DNA of 64,000 nt from Candidatus Gallacutalibacter pullicola. Its GTDB lineage: Bacteria; Bacillota; Clostridia; Oscillospirales; Acutalibacteraceae. The position numbers and the translations under genes are program-made. Each line of letters starts with the position of its first letter. Within the stretch, counting starts at the first letter, position 1. The stretch lies in assembly GCA_018712265.1 (NCBI GenBank), contig DVHF01000080.1:855-64854 (forward strand), written 5' to 3'. Shown in pieces: positions 24,904 to 32,827 of this stretch. The notes under the pieces were generated by a model. The model was not told the origin of the DNA. It ran no database searches and worked only from the letters and a program-made list of their open reading frames with translations.

Positions 24904-25017
24904 CGGGCAGGCATTTGTATCAACGGCGATATCTCCGAAAGTCTGGCGTCATTGCTGGAAGCCTGACTGCGGGATCGCGGTATCTGGCATCCATTTGCGG
25001 CACAGCCTCGCCGCCCC

Positions 25018-25184
25018 GGATGGATTCTGAAAGTCAAAAGTGCTGAAAACGACGGAAACCAGACGCGAATCCGCCGCGATTTCGTATTGCAGGGGTTCAG
25101 GCTCGTATTGCAGGGACGGCTGGCATATCAGACGCTGCTTTTTACAGACGAATGCAACAGCGTTGAGGGCTTTTCAGATACACC
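25018..25184. repeat. family-3 MITE-like repeat, copy A
   Basis: Aligns along its length with 26316-26474 and 57181-57314. Right end is GGCTTTTCAGATACACC; left end is degenerate (GGATTCTGAAAGTC). Confidence 0.6.
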
Positions 25185-25450
25185 CCGGACTTTCCTGTGA
25201 AAGTCCGCAGACAGGGCGTCCTGTTTGATTTTTGGTGAAACAGCTAATTCTGAAGTTCAAATCCATTCCGTGTTGATTTTTCTCCATATGCGCATTATAA
25301 TAAAAACTGGGCGTAACAACAGCCGCCTGTTATGGAACGCAAGAGATCGCAATTGAGATGTCCCGCCTGCAAATCGGGACGCCGTGGAACTGATCTGCGG
25401 CGCTATGTCCGGTGTGTAAAAAGAGAGTGGGCACACTGCTTCGGGAGAAA

Positions 25451-26326
25451 ATGGAAATGTGGATTTTATTCGCGTTTGGTTCGGCGTTTTTTGCGGGGAT
25501 CACTGCTGTATTGGCAAAATGCGGAATCCGGCAGACCGATTCCACTGTGGCAACGGCAATCCGCACCATTATTGTCCTGATTTTTTCCTGGCTGATGGTG
25601 TTTGTCGTGGGATCGCAGGCACAGATTGCATCCATCCAGGGAGGCACCTGGCTGTTCCTCATCTTGTCCGGCCTGGCCACCGGGGCATCCTGGCTTTGCT
25701 ATTTCAGGGCCCTGCAGCTCGGCGACATCAACAAGGTGGTACCTATCGACAAGTCCAGCACCATTCTTACCATGCTGCTGGCTTTCCTGTTCCTGCAGGA
25801 AAGAATCAGCCTGTTCGGCGTCATCGGCATCGTCCTGATTGCGGTCGGGACCTTTCTGATGATCGAAAAGAGAGAGACAGAACCCGGACCGCGGAATCCA
25901 AGCCGGAGCTGGCTGCTTTATGCCGCCGGCTCCGCTGTTTTTGCCAGCCTCACCTCCATCCTTGGGAAAATTGGGATTTCGGGTGTGGAATCGAACCTCG
26001 GCACGGCAATCCGTACCGCTGTGGTGCTTGTCATGGCATGGCTGATGGTGGGAGTCACTGGAAAAATGCACACCATCCGGAAAATCCCCAGGCGGGAACT
26101 CGGCTTTATCTGTCTTTCCGGGATCGCGACCGGAGCCTCCTGGCTCTGTTATTACAAGGCGCTCCAGGACGGGCCTGCCAGCGCGGTGGCCCCGATAGAC
26201 AAGCTCAGCATCCTGGTAACGGTGGCGTTTTCCTATTTTGTATTCCACGAACGGCTTTCCAAAAAATCCGGCGCCGGACTTGTCTTAATCACAGCTGGTA
26301 CTTTGGCGGTCTTGGGGTGTATCTGA
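25451..26326 (+). CDS. EamA/DMT family transporter
   Basis: About 290 aa with 10 predicted TM segments and two EamA-like halves. Start is the ATG at 25451 or 25457. Confidence 0.85.
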   Translation: MEMWILFAFGSAFFAGITAVLAKCGIRQTDSTVATAIRTIIVLIFSWLMVFVVGSQAQIASIQGGTWLFLILSGLATGASWLCYFRALQLGDINKVVPIDKSSTILTMLLAFLFLQERISLFGVIGIVLIAVGTFLMIEKRETEPGPRNPSRSWLLYAAGSAVFASLTSILGKIGISGVESNLGTAIRTAVVLVMAWLMVGVTGKMHTIRKIPRRELGFICLSGIATGASWLCYYKALQDGPASAVAPIDKLSILVTVAFSYFVFHERLSKKSGAGLVLITAGTLAVLGCI

Positions 26327-26474
26327 AAAGTCAAAAGTGCTGGAAAATTCGCTGAAAGGCGATGGATGCAAGGCGCGAATCCGCAGCAATACTTTCGTAT
26401 TGCAAGGGTGAGCAACGACGCAGACACCGTTTTTCAGTAGAATTTAACAGTATTGAGGACTTTTCGGATACACC
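26316..26474. repeat. family-3 MITE-like repeat, copy B (159 bp with 17-bp terminal inverted repeats)
   Basis: Left end GGTGTATCTGAAAAGTC matches the right end GACTTTTCGGATACACC at 16 of 17 positions in inverted orientation. Confidence 0.7.
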
Positions 26475-26771
26475 CTGATTCCCTGAGGTGTCTTTGAAAA
26501 GCCTTTCACACCGCCGAATTTATCTCAAAAACGGCTTCTGCATCGCTTATCCTGCATCTGCTGTTTCACAGTAAATTTTCCGGTGCTTTTGACTTGTCAG
26601 ATACATCCCGGCAATTCCCGTCCTATGCCCTCATGCGGGAATTTTTATGCGCGTCTCCGGATTCTCTGAATATCCGGGGATACTATCTCTGTGGTGTCCG
26701 GATCCTCACCGGTCTGACGGGAGATACTGCCCGGCGCGCCGCACCGCACAGCTTTAAGGAGGACTTTAATC

Positions 26772-27395
26772 ATGCAGGAATGGATGCTTTCCTTTGTCGA
26801 TCAATTTGGGTATTTGGGAATCTTTCTTTTGATTTTCATCGAGAACGTTTTCCCTCCGATCCCTTCCGAGGCCGTTCTTCTGTTTGGAGGGGCCTTGACT
26901 GTTACAACGGCGATGAATATCCCGGGCACAGTAGCGGCGGCGACGGCCGGTTCCCTTGCCGGGGCAATCGTACTGTATGCGTTCGGAAGAATCTTTCAGG
27001 CCGACCGCCTGAAAAAGCTCTTTGCCGGAAAATTCGGCGACATTACGCACCTCCGTCCGGAACACGTGGAAAAGGCGGAAGCGTGGTTCAGACGGTATGA
27101 GGGAAAGGCCGTGCTGATCTGCCGCTGTATCCCTGTGGTGAGGAGCATTATCTCCATCCCCGCCGGTTTCGCCAAGATGCCCATGCTCCGGTTCCTGATC
27201 CTGACCATTCTGGGAAGCACCGTATGGAATATCATACTGACGTGCATCGGGGCCGCCCTCGGGACTGCGTGGGAGCGTGCGATGCCTTATTTTGACAGCT
27301 ACACCCATATCGCTACAATCGTTATCATTGTTCTGGCAGCGGCGGCCGCCGTCTTTTATCTGCTCCGCAAGCGCAAAGGGAAAAAAACTCCGTAA
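26772..27395 (+). CDS. DedA family membrane protein
   Basis: FGYLGIFLLIFIENVFPPIPSE is the DedA signature. AAGGAGG RBS is present. Confidence 0.85.
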   Translation: MQEWMLSFVDQFGYLGIFLLIFIENVFPPIPSEAVLLFGGALTVTTAMNIPGTVAAATAGSLAGAIVLYAFGRIFQADRLKKLFAGKFGDITHLRPEHVEKAEAWFRRYEGKAVLICRCIPVVRSIISIPAGFAKMPMLRFLILTILGSTVWNIILTCIGAALGTAWERAMPYFDSYTHIATIVIIVLAAAAAVFYLLRKRKGKKTP

Positions 27396-27455
27396 AAAAC
27401 ATCAGGGCCGGGCTCAGGGAAATCACCCTGTGCCCGGCCCTTTTTATCTGCCGTC

Positions 27456-27845
27456 CTATTTCTCCGGCTCCGACAGTTCCTCCGCCAGCTTGAGGATCTG
27501 CGGGGCAATCTTCTCGCGCTCCTTTTTCGTCACACGGACGTATACCGGATACGCGGCGGCTACGCCTGCAATTCCAAGCAGCCCTATCACGATCCCCGGG
27601 ATGAACCACTGCTCCATCCATACCATAGAGCAGCACATTCCTACGCCCATAAGGAGACAGCCCGCTACACCCATCACGACGGACAGTATCGTCCCTTTTC
27701 TGGTGGCGCTGCGATCCAGACGCCGCAGCTGCTCCATCTTGTCCTCTTCCCTCGGCAGATATTTCTTCTGGATATTTCGGATTTCCTCCTGCTGCTTTGC
27801 AGAATAGGTATAGGTAAAGGTTTCGCCCTTGTTTTCCATCATCAA
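27456..27845 (-). CDS. small membrane protein (GMCxxMVW hairpin module), function unknown
   Basis: 129 aa with a soluble N-terminus and two TM segments. Shares the GVGMCCSMVW...IPGIVIGLLGI module with the ORF at 31496-31864. Confidence 0.55.
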   Translation of the reverse strand: MMMENKGETFTYTYSAKQQEEIRNIQKKYLPREEDKMEQLRRLDRSATRKGTILSVVMGVAGCLLMGVGMCCSMVWMEQWFIPGIVIGLLGIAGVAAAYPVYVRVTKKEREKIAPQILKLAEELSEPEK

Positions 27846-28780
27846 TCAAGCTTCCTTTCGTCCGCCGGAACCGCTCCGGCATCATTCTGTATTTCCAAAG
27901 GCATATCTTTCAACTTCTTCAGCCGGCGTGTGGAATAGGCGATCATATAAATCCCCATTCCCACCACAATGGCACATACCGCCCCGCCGGTGGAAGCAAT
28001 CATACTCTGACGAAAAAACGGGGAGGTGGTCCCGGTATCAAACTGCGTCAGCATGGCGGTTTCCAGCGAAAGCATCGAAACCAGCGCCGCCGCCAGATTG
28101 ACCGCCTTTGCCGCCGACATCACCGGGCTTTGGTATTTTCGGTACCGGATCACATGGATCACCGCCATAATAGTGGTATAAAAGGTATACAGCGCCATAG
28201 CGTAAATCAGGCTTCCCGCATACTGGAAGCTCCTGTTTTGGTGGAGCACCAGAATCACAACACCCGCCAGCGCCATATTCATCAGGATCAGTATAGCGCC
28301 GCATACACGGCAGCGTTTTAATTCGGCAGCCATGCCCGCGCCGGAGTTGTTCCTGCGCCCATACCGCACCAACAAAAAGCGCATGACCGCCAAAAAGAGG
28401 TAATAAGCCGCCAAAGTTCCGAACCAGACGGAGTGATAATAAAGCCCTGAAAAGGCGTTGACCGCCGCATACAGGAGGTTGATCGTCAGGGATACGCGCA
28501 GAGAAATCCACACCCGGAACGGGATATCCTCCAGATAGCGGCTGGCATACGGGTTTGAACGGAGCCAGCCCCGCGCTTTCCGGACGGCCGGAACCAGTCC
28601 GGTACACGCAATCGTCAGCGCATAGGCCGATATCACATAGGCGGCATAGGAAATGGGGCTGTCCTCTCCAGCGGCCAGAAAGGCATAGATCAGCAACACT
28701 GTGGCCGCGGGGATACAGAGGAGAACCACCGCCGTACCCGGGAACAGCAGCCTGTGTACGATCCTTTTAATCCTCTCCAT
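27842..28780 (-). CDS. polytopic membrane protein, function unknown
   Basis: 312 aa with about 8 TM segments. It overlaps both the kinase gene stop and the downstream gene start. Confidence 0.6.
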   Translation of the reverse strand: MERIKRIVHRLLFPGTAVVLLCIPAATVLLIYAFLAAGEDSPISYAAYVISAYALTIACTGLVPAVRKARGWLRSNPYASRYLEDIPFRVWISLRVSLTINLLYAAVNAFSGLYYHSVWFGTLAAYYLFLAVMRFLLVRYGRRNNSGAGMAAELKRCRVCGAILILMNMALAGVVILVLHQNRSFQYAGSLIYAMALYTFYTTIMAVIHVIRYRKYQSPVMSAAKAVNLAAALVSMLSLETAMLTQFDTGTTSPFFRQSMIASTGGAVCAIVVGMGIYMIAYSTRRLKKLKDMPLEIQNDAGAVPADERKLD

Positions 28781-29858
28781 CCTGCACTCTCCTGATCTTC
28801 ACCGTAAACGTGCTTCCCCTGCCCACCTCGCTGCTGACAGAAATGTCGCCGCCGACAATATCTATCACCCTCTTGACGAGCGCAAGGCCCAGGCCGTTCC
28901 CCTGGGCGGCGTGGGAGGTATCCCCCTGATAAAACTTTTCAAAAATATGGCGGCCCGCTTCCGGCGTGATGCCGCAGCCGGTATCCGCGACACGGACGAC
29001 GGCATAACCGCCCTCCGATTTCAGGGAAAGGGAAATTCTTCCGCCCGGCTCCGTAAACTTGACGGCATTGGAAAACAGATTGTTCCACACCAGAGAAAGC
29101 AGCTCGGCATCCGTATCCGTCCGGATTCCCTCCTCCACATCCGTATCGATTTCCAAATCCTTTGCCTCCCACTCGCTTTCAAAGGAGAGAAAACACTCAC
29201 AGAGCTGCTCGCCCAAGTCGTAAGGTGCACAGGCCGGATAAATCTGCTGGTTTTCCAGCTTATTCAGCTTCAGGATATTGGTAATCAGGCTGGCAAGCCT
29301 GCGGGACGCCTCTGTGACGGCCCGGGAATATTCCAGGCGTTTTTCCTCCGGCAGTCCCGGCTGCTGGAGCATGGTGCCGTAATTCTGGATCACTGCCAGC
29401 GGCGTTTTGAGCTCATGGGACACATTGGCGATAAAATCCGTCCGCAGCGTCTCTATCCCGGAGAGCTCCTGTGCCATCTGGTTAAAGCATTCGGCAATCA
29501 CATCGAAGCCGCTGCCGTCGTCCACAAAACGCAGCGGCGGAATTCGCACCGAGAAATCGCCTTTTCTGATCTGCTCTGCCGCTTTCACAATCTTATTTAC
29601 CGGGCGATCCACCATAAATCTGCGCCGGATCCCGTCAATCACGGTACACAGCAAACTCAGAAATAAAATATTCAGGAACGTCACCCGCGCCGCGTGACCG
29701 ATTTTTTCTTCTGTCAGGGAAATCCCCGTCGTTTCCTCCAGGCCGTTCAGAAAAAGCATCATGCAGCAGCTGATGACAAAGGCCATCAGCAGAAAAAAGC
29801 TGAAATACCGCCGCAGAGAAAACAGCCACCGCTGGAGCTTTTTATTTTTTTCCGTCAT
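28767..29858 (-). CDS. sensor histidine kinase (HAMP-HisKA-HATPase)
   Basis: H-box SHELKTPL, plus N-, G1- and G2-box motifs (NLFSNAVKF, DTGCGI, GNGLGLA). Two N-terminal TM segments. Confidence 0.9.
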   Translation of the reverse strand: MTEKNKKLQRWLFSLRRYFSFFLLMAFVISCCMMLFLNGLEETTGISLTEEKIGHAARVTFLNILFLSLLCTVIDGIRRRFMVDRPVNKIVKAAEQIRKGDFSVRIPPLRFVDDGSGFDVIAECFNQMAQELSGIETLRTDFIANVSHELKTPLAVIQNYGTMLQQPGLPEEKRLEYSRAVTEASRRLASLITNILKLNKLENQQIYPACAPYDLGEQLCECFLSFESEWEAKDLEIDTDVEEGIRTDTDAELLSLVWNNLFSNAVKFTEPGGRISLSLKSEGGYAVVRVADTGCGITPEAGRHIFEKFYQGDTSHAAQGNGLGLALVKRVIDIVGGDISVSSEVGRGSTFTVKIRRVQDGED

Positions 29859-30529
29859 TTCAATACCGCCTTATATCCCAGACCGTGAACCGTCACAATT
29901 TCAAAATCATCACAGCCGGAAAATTTATCCCGCAGCTTGGTGATATAAACGTCCACCGTCCTCGGGCCGGAGGTGGATGCGCTGTCCCAGAACTCGTCCA
30001 TCAGCTGGGAGCGGGTAAAGGTCTTTTTCGGATAGGAAAGCAGCTTATAAATGAGGTTGAATTCGCGAACAGTCAGCGGGATTTCCTCGCCGTTGAGATA
30101 TGCGGTGCGCTCCTCGGCATCCAAAACCAGACCGCCCACAGTCAGCCTCTTGCTGGCTGCAATTTTGGCGCGCCGCAGCAGGGCTTCCACCCGCAGGAGC
30201 AGCTCCTCCAGATCGACGGGCTTCACCATATAATCATCAATCCCGGCTTTGAAGCCCCGGCGTTTGGAGGCAAAATCGTCCCGCGCCGTCATGAACAGGA
30301 TAGGGATTTCCCTGTTAATCTCCCGCACCGTCTCTGCGAACTCGAACCCGTCTATCTCCGGCATCATGATATCTGAAATGATGAGGTCGAACAGCCCTCC
30401 GCCGTACATGGCGTCGTATGCTTCGTTGGCATTCAGACAGCCAACCGCTTCATAGCCGTTCTGATTCAGATAATCACATACGGTTTTATTCAATTCCCTG
30501 TCGTCCTCTACTACCAACAGCTTGAACAT
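29855..30529 (-). CDS. OmpR-family response regulator
   Basis: Receiver domain (VVEDD...DLIISDIMMP) plus a winged-helix output domain (LTVREFNLIYKL...GLGYK). The ATG at 30529 follows GGAGGA. Confidence 0.9.
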   Translation of the reverse strand: MFKLLVVEDDRELNKTVCDYLNQNGYEAVGCLNANEAYDAMYGGGLFDLIISDIMMPEIDGFEFAETVREINREIPILFMTARDDFASKRRGFKAGIDDYMVKPVDLEELLLRVEALLRRAKIAASKRLTVGGLVLDAEERTAYLNGEEIPLTVREFNLIYKLLSYPKKTFTRSQLMDEFWDSASTSGPRTVDVYITKLRDKFSGCDDFEIVTVHGLGYKAVLK

Positions 30530-30559
30530 CGGACCTTCCTCCTTCCGCCCATGCGGCAA

Positions 30560-30594
30560 GTGAAAAATGAAAAATGAAAAGTGAATAGTGAAGA
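30560..30594. repeat. five tandem heptamers (R)TGAA(N)A
   Basis: GTGAAAA ATGAAAA ATGAAAA GTGAATA GTGAAGA, located 31-65 nt upstream of the response-regulator ATG. Confidence 0.6.
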
Positions 30595-30755
30595 GTTTCG
30601 TTTTGTCCAGTTTGGTGTTTGATTGGTCTGAAATGCCCGCGCGCCTGCGGCGGGCAGCAGGCTGAGCCTGCACCCAGATCGCGCCCGCTCCCTCCGGTCG
30701 CCCGGCCAAGTAGTCGATTGGGCTAAAATGCCCGCGTTGCAGCCTTTCTGCGGAT

Positions 30756-30764
30756 ATTATACCA
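30756..30764 (-). promoter_or_regulatory. candidate extended -10 box TGGTATAAT inside repeat X1
   Basis: Exact TGnTATAAT on the minus strand, pointing at the response-regulator gene. Confidence 0.3.
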
Positions 30765-30859
30765 CACCTGCGGTGGGCAACACGCGCAACGCGTCGTACC
30801 TCCGCTTAGCTAGGTGGTTAATTGAGCAGAGATGCCCGCGTTTACAGTATTCTGCGGAT

Positions 30860-30868
30860 ATTATACCA
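30860..30868 (-). promoter_or_regulatory. candidate extended -10 box TGGTATAAT inside repeat X1 (second unit)
   Basis: Exact TGnTATAAT on the minus strand. The same position is conserved in copy X2. Confidence 0.3.
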
Positions 30869-31013
30869 TATCCACGACAAGCCCGCCACCGCGACACAGT
30901 ACCCCATAACAACGGTATTCCCGCGGAGATCACGGCGCACGACGCATTTTACGTCAAGGCTTAACCTTGATTCTATCATGGAATTGTTAAAGTTTTGTTT
31001 GCGTTTAACATCC

Positions 31014-31052
31014 AATGAAAAAACAGGCCCGGACGCAGGAGCCGCATCCGGG
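31014..31052 (-). terminator. rho-independent terminator after the 96-aa gene
   Basis: Minus-strand hairpin CCCGGATGC...GCGTCCGGG followed by CCTGTTTTTTC. Confidence 0.65.
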
Positions 31053-31070
31053 TTCGTCCCATTATCTGTC

Positions 31071-31361
31071 TCAGCGGTGTGCGGCGTGATTTGCCATCCG
31101 TCCGCGTTCTTCTTCCTGTGCGAGACGCTTCTTGGCTTCCTCCACCGTCTCACCGTCCTTTGTCAGAAACTGATCTACGAATTTGTCGGTTATTTTCGTA
31201 AATCCGCCGACGACGCCTTCCTCCATCCTTGTGAATCCGCTGACAACGCCATCTTCGATTTTCTTGTATCCTCCCGTGACGCCGTCCTCAATTTTTTTGT
31301 ATCCGTCCACCACGGTTTCCGCGATCTTTTCATTTGCCTTTACCAGCTTTGACTTTGCCAT
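31071..31361 (-). CDS. small protein with four tandem 11-residue repeats, function unknown
   Basis: Repeats are VVDGYKKIEDG, VTGGYKKIEDG, VVSGFTRMEEG and VVGGFTKITDK. AAGGAG RBS is present. Confidence 0.6.
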   Translation of the reverse strand: MAKSKLVKANEKIAETVVDGYKKIEDGVTGGYKKIEDGVVSGFTRMEEGVVGGFTKITDKFVDQFLTKDGETVEEAKKRLAQEEERGRMANHAAHR

Positions 31362-31375
31362 AACAATATTACTCC

Positions 31376-31480
31376 TTAATACAATACTTTTTCATTCCTA
31401 TGCACCAGACAGACCGCCGCAGCCGCAAGACTGCCCAGCACAGCTGCGCCAGCCACTATTTTCAAAACAAGCTTTCCCAT
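31376..31480 (-). CDS. candidate 34-aa single-TM peptide (absent from the ORF track)
   Basis: GGAGGA lies 9 nt upstream of the ATG at 31480. Sequence is MGKLVLKIVAGAAVLGSLAAAAVCLVHRNEKVLY. The stop overlaps the RBS of the next gene. Confidence 0.4.
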   Translation of the reverse strand: MGKLVLKIVAGAAVLGSLAAAAVCLVHRNEKVLY

Positions 31481-31495
31481 GTACAAATTTCCTCC

Positions 31496-31864
31496 TTATT
31501 TCAGTCCTTTGACAGCAGGAATCAGGCAGAGCAGCGCCACAATTCCAACAATTCCTATCGCGATGCCGGGAATCATCATTCCCCACACCATCGTCATGCA
31601 CATCCCAATGCCCAGGATAATAGCTCCCGCTACACCGAGCAGGGTAAGGCCGATTGCTTTCCCGTTAAACACGAAAGCGGGTTTGCCGTCCATTTTCCGG
31701 CGGACGATCAGCATCGCCAGCAGGATCACCGCGCCAACAGCCCCGATCACAATTCCCTGCGTCATCGCGCCCCATTCCGGCAGCAGCGCCATGCACATAC
31801 CCAACGCAAACAGGATTCCGCCCACCGTGCTCATAATCAGGGTTACAAAATCTTTTTTCTTCAT
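31496..31864 (-). CDS. small 4-TM membrane protein (duplicated GMCMxxxW module), function unknown
   Basis: 122 aa with an internal duplication: LGMCMALLPEW...GIVIGAVG and IGMCMTMVWG...GIAIGIVG. Confidence 0.6.
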   Translation of the reverse strand: MKKKDFVTLIMSTVGGILFALGMCMALLPEWGAMTQGIVIGAVGAVILLAMLIVRRKMDGKPAFVFNGKAIGLTLLGVAGAIILGIGMCMTMVWGMMIPGIAIGIVGIVALLCLIPAVKGLK

Positions 31865-32040
31865 CTCAAACAGCCTCCATCAATTTTAATTCCGTGAGCC
31901 TTTGCCCTCACTTGATGTCTTTATTGTAAGTGTCCGATATTTTTGAATTGCTTACGAAATGTTTAAGAATTATAAAAAAGATTTTTCTGCGATACAGAAC
32001 GCTTTTCTCAAGCAGATACGGCCGCCGCACAAATCAAGGC

Positions 32041-32074
32041 AGAAAGAAACCCCGGAGGAAAAGCTCCTCCGGGG
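32041..32074 (-). terminator. rho-independent terminator after the TSCPD gene
   Basis: Stem CCCCGGAGGA pairs with TCCTCCGGGG, followed on the minus strand by TTTCTTTCT. Confidence 0.65.
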
Positions 32075-32090
32075 CGAACCGATAGAATTT

Positions 32091-32363
32091 TTACTGCTCC
32101 TGCTTTGCGGGAAGACTGCCGTCCTTTACCGCCTCGAGCGCCTTGGCAAGCTGATCCGGGCACGAGGTCGGGCGCATGCCGCAGGTGATTCCCTTGCAGC
32201 GGCTGATCACATCGTCCAGCTTCATTCCCTGAACAAGCGATCCGATCCCTTTGCCGTTGCCGTTGCAGCCGCCCTGGAATTTCACCGACTTGATAATATC
32301 GCCGTCTGTTTCAATTTCGATCACGCGGGAACATGTCCCATGCGTCTTATAATCAAATTTCAT
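32091..32363 (-). CDS. TSCPD-domain protein (TIGR03905-like)
   Basis: Contains KTHGTCS...GGCNGN...TSCPDQLAKAL. The ATG at 32363 follows GGAGGA. Confidence 0.75.
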   Translation of the reverse strand: MKFDYKTHGTCSRVIEIETDGDIIKSVKFQGGCNGNGKGIGSLVQGMKLDDVISRCKGITCGMRPTSCPDQLAKALEAVKDGSLPAKQEQ

Positions 32364-32520
32364 ATTGATTTCCTCCATATTTTTAAAGCTTCCGCCGCCC
32401 TTTACAGGACAGACTTATTTTTTCCTATTATAATACATTTTCCGACAAGTGGCAAGCAGAGAGCGTTTCCTTTTTGCATCTTACGGAACGGCGGTGTCCC
32501 TGACTTGTCCATTTAAGCTT

Positions 32521-32570
32521 TCAAAATATGGGAAATCCTCCCGCCGGCTGTTTTGGGCAGGAGGATTTCC
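32521..32570 (-). terminator. terminator-like hairpin after the S4-domain gene
   Basis: 11-bp stem GGAAATCCTCC pairs with GGAGGATTTCC. T-rich tracts flank it on both strands. Confidence 0.5.
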
Positions 32571-32578
32571 GATTTTAT

Positions 32579-32827
32579 TTATTGCTCGGAAATGACCTTG
32601 TACATCGTGGATGCGCTGTCCTTGGTGGCGTATTCCGTCACCGTGAGCACCTCCGCCTTGATACTGCGGCTGCCCATCTGGATCTCCATGATGTCGCCCA
32701 CCTTTACGTCATACGACGCGCGCGCAGGCTTGCCGTTAATCAGCACCCGCCCCGCGTCGCAGGCCTCGTTTGCTACCGTGCGGCGTTTGATCAGCCGCGA
32801 TACTTTCAGATATTTGTCCAGTCTCAT
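32579..32827 (-). CDS. RNA-binding S4 domain protein (YabO-like)
   Basis: MRLDKYLKVSRLIKRRT...INGKPAR is an S4 domain. It follows mazG, as in the Bacillus yabN-yabO arrangement. Confidence 0.8.
   Translation of the reverse strand: MRLDKYLKVSRLIKRRTVANEACDAGRVLINGKPARASYDVKVGDIMEIQMGSRSIKAEVLTVTEYATKDSASTMYKVISEQ

Larger units (their letters stand above)
30628..30966. repeat. family-2 TIR element, copy X1 (about 1.5 tandem units)
   Basis: Left end CGCCTGCGGCGGGCAGCAGGCTGAGCCTGCAC. The interior aligns with 51889-52140. The right end is degenerate. Confidence 0.6.

Noticed and set aside
25014-25190. CCCCGGA on both sides of MITE-like copy A as a target-site duplication
   Set aside because: The right-hand copy overlaps the terminal repeat, and copy B shows no comparable flanking duplication, so the evidence is not consistent.
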